DNA from: Camelus ferus | Lineage: Eukaryota | Assembly (NCBI RefSeq): GCF_009834535.1 | Contig: NC_045699.1 | Coordinates: forward strand, 74,710,001-74,774,000 | DNA: 64,000 nt | Direction of reading: 5' to 3' | Shown here: positions 55,641-64,000 of the stretch, one piece after another | Layout: each line of letters begins with the position of its first letter | Position numbering within the stretch: the stretch's first letter is position 1 | Notes under the pieces: generated by a model | What the model was told of the DNA's origin: nothing | Database searches by the model: none | Seen by the model: only the letters and a program-made list of their open reading frames with translations | Position numbers and translations under genes: made by a program

Positions 55641-58600
55641 GAGGGTGTCAGTTCCTGTGCATCCTGAGGCCTGTTCGTCTGCTGGGTTCATCTCCCGCTG
55701 AGAGAGGAGCGCTTAGTCTCCGCCTGCACCGTGGACGTGTCTCATTCCTCCTCTCGGTTCTGCCGCTGTCCGCTTCGTGTGATTGAGGCCCTGTAGCGAG
55801 GCGCACAGACAATGAGGCTGGTTCTCTCTTCCTGGGGAGGGTGCCCTTGTGCCATCGCGTGGTGCCCCTCTTTGCACAGGGAGAAACTTCCTGAAATGTG
55901 CTTTGACATCAACATGGCCAGTCCTGCTGGTTCTTACTGGTGCTTTTGTGGCGTAAGGTTCCCCACCCTTTACTCTTAACCAACCTGTGTTACATTGGAG
56001 TCAGTTTCCGATGGCATGGTTGGACTGCACGGGTTGTTTTGTTTTGTTTTGCTTTACTTTGACAATAACAGAACTATTGATATGCTGGATGTAATTTTAC
56101 CATTTTGTGTTTGTTTTCTGTTGGTTCCGTCTCTGGTTTTGTTCCTCCATTTCCTGCCTATAATGTTGTAGAATTATTTGAATGTTTTTTAGTATTCAAT
56201 TTTAGTCTATCTGTTGTGCCTCTGACTCTGCAGTTTTGGTGGTTGTCCTAAGGGTCATAGCATACTCCGTTTTTGACAGTTGACTTGGAACGAGTATTCT
56301 TCTCTTAACTGGGACGTAGAGACCTTCCACCCCTGGACCCCTTCTTGCCCCCCCATGTCGCTGTGCGTGCTGTCAGCGTCACCAGACGATGTCGTAGCCG
56401 ACTTCCCCTCAGCCGCAGACACATCCAAAGGACGGAGTCCATTAACCGTCTGTGCCGCGGTTCCCTCATGGCGACGTTCAGCGTTTTCTCCTGACACCAT
56501 TTCCTTCCTGTCAGAAGAGCCTGCACTGGCAGTTCTACTAAAGCAGGTGGTTTTCACTGAACACAGAATTCTGGGCTGACAGCCTGTCCTGTTCCCCGGC
56601 GTTTAAAACATCTTGTGCTGCTTCCTGTGGCCTCCATGGCTGCTGATGAGAAGCCTGCGGTCGCCCACGCCGCTGCTCCCTTGGGGCCTAGGTGTGATTT
56701 CTCACTGCTTCGTGACTCTTCGTCTCAGTGTTCAGCAGTTTGGCGCGACGTGTCTGGGTGTGGGTGTCTTTGGGTTTGTCCTGTGTTAGGTTTGCTTGGC
56801 TTCTTAAACCTGTAGGTTTATGTCTTTCACTGTATTTGGAGAAGTTTTCAGCCATTATTTCTTCAAAGCTCTTCCTCCTCTCCAGCTCCAGTGACACAAA
56901 CGTTAGAACTTTACTTTTGTCCCACAGGTCCTCGCGGCACTGATTTTTTCTTTAGATATCCGTTTTTCTCTTGGTACTGGTTGGAGAATTTCAGTTGTTC
57001 CATCTTTAGTCAAGTTCACTGACTCCTCTGAGGTCTCCATTCTGCTACTGAGTCAATTAGTGAGTTTTAAGTTTTGGTTATTTTAATTTTTGTTTCTTTG
57101 CTGAGATGTTTACATCTTAAAATCCATTGCAAAGTGTGTGTGATTGCCTGTCCCAGCAGTGTGTAATGGCTACCAGAGTCTCAGACAACCTGGCGGCCCT
57201 CGGCACCTGCTCAGCGTCCTTTCTCTGGAGCTGGACTTTTCAGTTCTTTGCGTGCTAGTTAAGTACCTGTGGGGTATATTCTGCAGCTCTGAGTGTGACT
57301 TCATCAGATCTGGGTCTGGTTGAAATCCTGTGGAGAAGATTGATGCCTTTGCTTCACAGGCCCTGGGTCTGGTTAGGCTCAGGCCCACGTTCACTGCCAT
57401 CTGTGGGCCGGACCGAGTGTCAGCCCAGGCCCCAGAGCTGTGCCCTGCATGTGCATGGCCCAGTTCCCAGGCTGGGACTCAGATGCTGCTCTGCAGAGGC
57501 TCTCAGAGCCTGGGGTCTGACCTGCAGCCCGAGGGGAATCCTGGGTGCTCATGACCACTTTGTGGGCTGTTCCCCAGGCTGCTGCCTCTGGTCTAGGTGC
57601 CGGCATTGCGTCTGGGCCTCAGCCCGAGGCCTGGCTCTTGCTACCCTCCTCTGTGTTGCGCCCGTCCTTGGTCCGGTCACACCTGGGTCCATGCAGCAGG
57701 AGAGCCGAGAGCAAAGGGACAGGGGCTCTTGGACTCACAGCAGTCCCGCACAGCAAGCAAGGCTCCTGTGCGTCCCCGCAGCCCCAGGGGATCAGCTGGC
57801 ACTAAAGAACGGGGCAGAACAAAGCTGGGGCCCTTCCTCACTCGCTCAGCTTCACGAGGCTGCTCCCGGGTGCTCACTTCCATGCTGACGGCTGCATTGG
57901 GCTCAGCCCAGGTACCGGGGTGAGTGCCTGCAGGAGGTGCCGCCTCTGCTGCCACTCCTGACCCACCTGCTGCAGCGCCCTTCGCCTCTGCCCTTTGGCT
58001 ACACCATGGGAGGCACGGAGCCCCGTGTCTGCTCCACCTCACCTGCACCCCGAGCCCCCGCTCAGAGCTCTGAGGCTTCTCGGTCTCCATGTTGGGAAGC
58101 AGGCTCACATCCGCACTGAGCGTGTGGTTCCCCTCCTCGGTCAGACCTCAGCACACGCGTTCTGGGGTCTGTCTTCACACACTCAGGCCCGCGTCCACAC
58201 ATCTGCCTGCTCCCCCTCCTTCCTCCTGCCCGTTTCCGACAACGTATCTGCTTCTTCCTCCCTTCTGCTTCCCCGTTGTCACATGAGGCAGGTCTGGGCC
58301 AGCCCTCTCCCCGTGCATGCAGCTAATTTTGATCACTCTACATGTTCTCCGTTGGTTCCTTTTTAATTTTTCAATTTCTACGTGTTCTTGATTCCTGTTC
58401 CCCTGATTTTGTTTTAGAGACTTCTGTAGGTTTCCTCGTTGGCTTTACAGACACATCTTAAGTCTCTTCCAGAAATCGTGCTACCTTGCAGCTCCTCCGG
58501 AGCACGGTTGCACCTGGGGGCTTGCTGGCTCCTGTCCATGGTTCCAGGCGTGTCCTGGGCAGAGTGCTCCAGCTCCACTGCTGTTGCGCCCCCAGCTTCC

Positions 58601-59041
58601 CCCTTTCCCTGTTCTCACCTATCTGCTGGTTCTAAGACAAACCCAGGGGCCTGGGGCTCCAGCCTCGGTGTGTGGCCTGTGCTGGTGGCCAGCTTCTCTG
58701 GGCACTTTGCCCTCCTGTCCTCACCGGGTGGACACAGCCCCTCCTGCTTCCCCCACCTGGCCCCTCCCGGCCCGCTGCTTGTTGCCTAGACTTGCCAGGT
58801 TGAGTGTCCCTTTGTGTCCCCCTGCTGGCAGGGTGTGCACGGTGTGGCGGACGTGCTCAGGGGCCTCTGCACTCGGGTCCTCTTCTCCTCAGAGGCGGTG
58901 GGAGCAGCAGCTGGGAACACACTCGAGTCAGGACAGCTCCAGCGCGGCCTCGGGCATCCCGCCTCCTGTCTAGCAGGCAGGATGAGAGCCCACGGGCCCT
59001 CCCTGCACAGAGACTGGACGGCCATGTGCTGTTGCCAACTG

Positions 59042-59047
59042 TTTATT
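59042..59047 (-). terminator. FBXW5 poly(A) signal AATAAA
   Basis: TTTATT on the plus strand, ~510 nt beyond the FBXW5 stop. Confidence 0.8.
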
Positions 59048-59554
59048 CAGACCCTGAATACGTGACCAGTGACATGCATGTCCCCTGGGCCCACTGTAGC
59101 CTGCCCTGCACCTCGACCCTGCTTGCTGGACAGTTCCCAGAGGAGGGAACCTGGGCCGCCTGGGCCACATTTGGCCCAGCAAACACCACCAGGGCCCTGC
59201 GGGGCGGCTGGGCATGTCATACTGGAACATGTCATACTGACCGTCCCGGGCCCGGGCCCAGGCCCAGGGGAAGGGAGTGGGTGAAGGGCAGAGGCCCCCA
59301 GTGTCTTGTGCGCCCCAAGCCAGCCAGGAGACAGCCTGGCTGCCCAGCACGAGCATCACAGCGGTGGGAGAGGGTATGCATGTGCGAGCGTGGCGGGGGC
59401 CGGGCCGTCCCCTCCCTGCGGCCCTGCTAAACCCCCCTTCCTAAGGCATTACTGCTGCAAGTTTCTCTGCCCCCCAGTGTGGTTGGGGCAGCAGCCCAGA
59501 GCCCGGCAAAGGGCCACGGGCCTCTGTCGTGTCCTCGGTGGGTCCCAGTGCCCC

Positions 59555-62110
59555 TCAGCGCCGCTGGCTGGCAAACCAGGAGAAGAAGGGGCGTGGGCGG
59601 GGGCGCCGGGCCTGATGGACACGCACAGCGCGCGGTGAGCGCCAGGCCTTGATGGTGGCATCGTCGCTGGCTGTCAGCAGGAGCTCCTGCTCCTGGGGGC
59701 TGAAGACCACCGAGTTGACCACATCCTGGTGCCGCAGCTTGGCCAGGCAGATGTTGTAGTGGCGGTCCCAGATGTAGCCGTGCCGGTCCTCCGCCCCACT
59801 GCAGGACAGCCTGGGATGAGCCCCGCCAGGCACCCCGAGGCCCACCCCTCCCCCGCCCCGCCCCGCCCGGACCTGGCCACGAAGTCCCTGCTGACGTCCA
59901 GGAAGATGAAGAAGCACTCGTCGTTGGGTGTGTAGGCGCGGTGGGCACGCAAGGCCCGCTTCACCTCCCGCATGGTCTTGAGGTCGAACACCAGCAGGTC
60001 GATCTCCTCCGCAATGGGCGGCGGCTGCATGGGGTCAGCCACCACCGAGCCGCTGGGCCAGGCACGGCTGTTCACATACAGGTACCTGCGAGGGGCACGC
60101 CGCTCAGTACGCACCCCTGGACACCCCGCCCGGGACTCTGCTGGGGGCCCACCTGTTGTCGGGGGACAGGCCCATGCCGATGATGTGTCCGTGCACGTCA
60201 ATGACGTGGTCCAGCGCATCGAAGAAGGCGTCGGAGCCCCGCCCCTCACCCAGCACAGGTCCCGCCGTGGTCATCTGGTGCGGCAGGATCTGCTTGATGC
60301 CTGCAGGACAGCCGGGGAAGGCGGCCCTCAGCCCAGGCAGAACCTGGGTGCCTGGGGGCACTGCCTGCCCTGTGGGCCCCGGACCCAGGAAGCTGAACCA
60401 GGGCTGGGCCTCTGCCCATAAACTGCCAGCACCCCTGCCCAGGGCAGCCTCACCCCGGGGCCCCTCACCGATCTGGTGCGGCGAGTAGGTGAGGCAGCCA
60501 GTGGTGAAGATGAGAAGTTTGTTTCTGGCGTCGGCTGTGCTGGGCTCAGGGGGCTTGGTGCGGCCCTGGGCCAGCAGCTCTGCCACCTTAGTCTCCAGCA
60601 TGCGCTCCGACAGCTGGGGCTGTGCCCGGCCCTCCAGGAGGCCGTCCAGGAGGCGCCGCAAGCCCTTGGCGCCGGCTGGGCCTGGGCTGGCCTCCTCCTC
60701 TTCACCGTCACTGCCCAGGTCGAAGACGCGGCCCGGGGCATTGTCAGGGGCGCCGGCGTCCAGCAGGAGGTCAGGGCTGTCGAAGCGGCTGCAGTCGGCC
60801 ACCATGACGGTGCGGATGGTGCTGGCATTGAGGTTCTGGATCTTGAAGAGCCGCTTCACCACGTTCACGTTCTCAGACTCCACGTCCTGGAGTGGGGAGC
60901 GCAGGGGTGGGAATGGGCTAGGTAGGGGATGGGTGGGTGGGGGCTGTCGCGACCGAAGGGCCCGCCCATGCGCACCTGGAAGGCGTTGTTGAGCCAGAGC
61001 ACCGAGCAGGACGTGATGTCCCCAATGCGGTGTAGGTTGCCCGAGATCAAGCTGGTGTCGGTGAGCCAACAGCCGAACACGTCGTAGGGCTTGTTGCGCA
61101 CGCGAGACAGCAGGGCGAAGGTGTCTGGCGGGAGCAGCTAGATGCGGCAGGGTTGTCTGCGCGGAGGGGTGGGACCAGGGCGTGGCCGGGGTGGGAGGAG
61201 CAGAGACGGGAGAGGGTGGGACCGGGAGGGGCGGGGCCTTCCCGGAGGGCCACCCCGCCCCAGGCCCCCTCTCACCTAGGCTGATGACTGCGATCTCGCC
61301 AGAGGAGGAGTTGTGGGGCCCTAGGAACACCCCCGATGCCAGCAGCAGCGAGTCGTCCTGGTTGAACTGGGAGAACTGGGTGTAGCTCCAGTTGTAGGGC
61401 CTCATGTCTGCGCTGTGCAGCAGCGAGATCGTCAGGTCGTTGTTCCAGATCTGCGTGGAGGGGCCGAGTCAGGGGGCACCTGGGCCCCTCTCCTGGCCGG
61501 CTCAGCCAAGCCGGTGCCCAGAAACCGCCATCGGGCGGGGGCTTCTTGTCCCTGGCTGTCACCCCTGGCCTGGCCTCTCTCCCCACCGGGTCGGGCTGCC
61601 CTCACCTTCACAGTACAGTCCTTGGAGCAGGAAGCGAATTGGTAGCCCGAGTGGGAGAAGCTGAGGTGCAGGACCTGGTCAGTGTGCTCCCTGAGAGTCT
61701 GCACCTCCACGCACGGCACCGTGTCGTAGAGCCGCCGGAACTCCTCGTACCAGGACGTGGCCGCTGTTGGGGGGGGGGGTCACCCTGATGCCTTGACAGA
61801 GAGGGGGCCAGCCCTGCCCCTCAGCCTCCCTACCAGGCCCTGGCTTGGAAGCCCGGTCTGGCTATCCCAGACCAGCGTGAGGACCAATGGGCTTCGGGGC
61901 CGAGTGCAAGTGCTGACCTGGGTGTCGGGGCACGTCGCGGGCCACCTGGTAGTAGCGGTAGAACTGCTCCCTCCACAAGAACTCGTCCCGGGACACGGCC
62001 TGCCATTGGCGGCACACCAGACCAGCGGCCAGCACGTCAGCTGGGCCCAAGCTCAGGAAGATCTGGTAAACGAGGCTGTCGGGGAGCAGGGGCGTGCCCC
62101 CCTCGTCCAT
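59555..62110 (-). CDS. FBXW5: F-box/WD repeat protein 5, 8 coding exons, 565 aa
   Basis: Exons 62110-61918, 61763-61606, 61450-61276, 61124-60976, 60886-60469, 60300-60153, 60085-59873, 59798-59555 (1698 nt), GT-AG. F-box MDEGGTPLLPDSLVYQIFLSL; WD40 repeats (EHTDQVLHLSFSHSG; HQDVVNSVVFSPQEQELLLTASDDATIKAW); ends FFSWFASQRR*. Confidence 0.97.
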
Positions 62111-63144
62111 CGTGACATTCTGCCCAGGCGGTCCTGAAACGCATGCACGGTCCCCTTAGCCACCAGTCAGACCAGAGAGGACACTGGCCTCTAGACCCAC
62201 AGAAAGATGCAGGGGCCAGAGGTGAGCTGAGGCCTCCCAGGGGGGCTCCTCCCACCCCACCAACTGCCCTGCTGGGAATTCCACTGGACTGAGCATGTGC
62301 GGCGGACCAGCTGGCACTACCCGTCTGGCCAAGGATCCAAGAGCTTCACCAAGGCCCCCTGGACAGCCGTGCTCCTCAGACCCCACACTCCTGAGCACCC
62401 CTGCAAGGCCCAGTGATTCCCTGGAATAGGCAGCAGACACCTCTCAGAACTCCCAGACCTCCTCTGGCCTGAGATGGAGCATGCGGCAGAACACTGGGGA
62501 CCCCAGACCCACCCTCACCCCAAAAGACCCTTCCCCCAGGGGGACAGGCTCTCTGAGTGAGGCCCTCTGACCTCCCCCAACAGGGTCCTAGGGAGACATC
62601 TGGCAGCCAGGGCTGGTGACCGCTCCGAGGTCAAGAAACGAAGGGTCAGTGACCCCCCGCGCACCCTGTCACTCTGACCTTGCTGTCCCAGGCTTCGGAG
62701 CTGTCAGCATGGGACAGAGGTCCTTCCGAGAAGAGACTTGGGGCTGGCAGGACGAGGGCCAGCCCGCCCGCCCTAGAAGCCACCAGGGACACCAGCCGGT
62801 CCTGGTCGGCCCTGTGGCCTAGGGGATCCCGGCCAGGCAGGCAGGGGGCCAGCGCAGCCACAGCCAGGAGAGCTGGGGGCGGGGCTGGAGCGGGACCGCC
62901 CAGCGCCCCCTCCCACCCTCCTTCCGAGGGGCTGCCGGGGGCGGGGCCTCGGCTCAGCTCCCCCTGTCCCGGCGCCGACTGCCTCTGCGACTCATTCATT
63001 AGTCGAGGGCGCGGCTGGGGTCGAAGGCCGAGGGGCTGGGCCGGCCGGGCCGGGGATGGGGCCGGGTGACGACGCTTCCCGGGGCCGGGGTGCCGGGGTC
63101 CGAACACAGCCCGTGACGACGCTCCCCAGGCCAGGCCCACTCAC

Positions 63145-63400
63145 CGCGGCCGCCTCCGCCCCGCTCCGCTGCCCCCGCCCCGGCGCCCGGGCTCGGCCCG
63201 CAGACCCGCTTCCGCCCCCGGTCGCCGCTCCGGCCGCCGCGTCTCTATGATGGAGGCCGCCAGGCCAACGCCACGAGCCCCGGGGCATCGATCGCTGCGG
63301 AGGGCCGAGCCCGGCAGCCCGAGTCAGCTGTTACTGCGCCTGCGCTTCAGGCGCCGCGACCCAGGCGGCGCTTCTTAGTGCGCCTGTGCGTGCTCGGTCT
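63145..63400 (-). promoter_or_regulatory. FBXW5 non-coding exon 1 and CpG-island promoter (TSS not fixed)
   Basis: Minus-strand donor GCGG|GTGAGT at 63145/63144 pairs with the acceptor TTCAG|GACC at 62133; NRF1-like TGCGCCTGCGC near 63334. Confidence 0.65.
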
Positions 63401-63491
63401 CATCCGGAACAGCGCCCCTGGCGGCCGGGAGAGGCGGCGGCCGGCGCCCGGGCCCGTGGGCGGGGCTTACGGGCGAGGCTCATGAGCTCGG

Positions 63492-63509
63492 TTAGGGTTA
63501 GGGTTAGGG
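63492..63509 (+). repeat. (TTAGGG)3 telomere-type tract followed by the variant TCAG
   Basis: GGTTAGGGTTAGGGTTAGGGTCAG read directly at 63490-63513. Confidence 0.9.
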
Positions 63510-63903
63510 TCAGACGCGGCTCAAGACCCGGCTCGGGCAGTTCCCAGTGTTGCGCTCTGAGCAAATGGCTTGAAGAACTCGGGTTCTTCGCTATGAGGAT
63601 AAGACCAGTTCCTACCTCAAGGGGCTGTTTGCAGTTGAGGGGAAATAACCGTGCAAAGGGATGAGCTCCAGCCACAGTGGAAGTCAGGTGGGACTTGTGG
63701 AAGCAGAGCCAGAGGACAGCTCGGACTTTGTACACAGGACGTGGCGTCAGGGCCCTGCCGGGAGGTGCTGGATCAAGGGTGAGGCTGAGTTCATGAGGAG
63801 GCGGGGTGGGGTGGGGGGGGACCCTGGCCCAGGGCACGGGTTTGGGGAGGGGGAAGGACAGTCATAGACTTCCTGGGCTGGGCTGGTGGGTGGCACCAGA
63901 CAG

Positions 63904-63916
63904 TGGACTCTGACCT
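63904..63916. promoter_or_regulatory. HNF4-type DR1 in the C8G proximal promoter
   Basis: TGGACT-C-TGACCT, 60 bp before the C8G ATG; a second near-match CGGACTTTG at 63722-63730. Confidence 0.55.
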
Positions 63917-63975
63917 GGGACTTGACCATTCTGCCCTGAGCCTCCCCCAATCCTGTCACTGTTGCTGCCGTCGCC

Positions 63976-64000
63976 ATGCTGGCTGCCAGGACTGCAACCC
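63976..64000 (+). CDS. C8G: Complement C8 gamma chain, start of exon 1; runs off the window
   Basis: GCC-ATG Kozak context; MLAARTAT resembles the human signal peptide MLPPGTATLL; head-to-head with FBXW5 as in human synteny. Only 8 codons are visible. Confidence 0.7.

Larger units (their letters stand above)
52590..57170 (-). mobile_element. Old L1M fragments filling the TRAF2-FBXW5 spacer, interrupted by two MaLR LTRs
   Basis: Antisense L1 phrases (TTTCTTGCATGTGGAT; GATGAATTTAGGGAAAATTGACA; GAACCAGCCTTGCATTCCTGGGGTAGACCCCGCTTGG; CTTGAAAAGAACGTGTATTCTG). Boundaries approximate. Confidence 0.7.

Noticed and set aside
60104-61405. 433-aa ORF on the minus strand
   Set aside because: FBXW5 exons joined through introns (151+89 nt restores the frame; 168 nt is in frame); not a separate gene.

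Overview
GC-rich mammalian genomic DNA, not prokaryotic, syntenic with human 9q34.3. Gene order: AJM1 3' end (+), PHPT1 (+), MAMDC4 (+), EDF1 (-), a ~12 kb repeat-rich spacer, TRAF2 (+), FBXW5 (-), and the first codons of C8G (+). Three tRNA-derived SINEs resemble the camelid type, so the organism is probably a camelid (moderate confidence). All coding exons were walked by hand using GT-AG boundaries and reading phase; orthologue comparisons are from memory, not from searches. PHPT1 (125 aa), EDF1 (148 aa), TRAF2 (523 aa) and FBXW5 (565 aa) are intact. MAMDC4 has a one-base phase conflict at the exon 20/21 junction; a GTGAGG donor 20 nt downstream would restore the frame. Other points of interest are a triplicated ~100-bp TRAF2 promoter module, a 22-aa TRAF2 linker expansion, an in-frame alternative EDF1 donor, a possible divergent promoter with a palindromic two-way poly(A) signal between PHPT1 and AJM1, a split hAT transposon fossil, and telomeric hexamers in the FBXW5/C8G promoter. 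Most ORF-track entries are GC-content artefacts or exon+intron read-throughs. I found no entirely new gene system; the novelties are lineage-level splicing, regulatory and repeat features.
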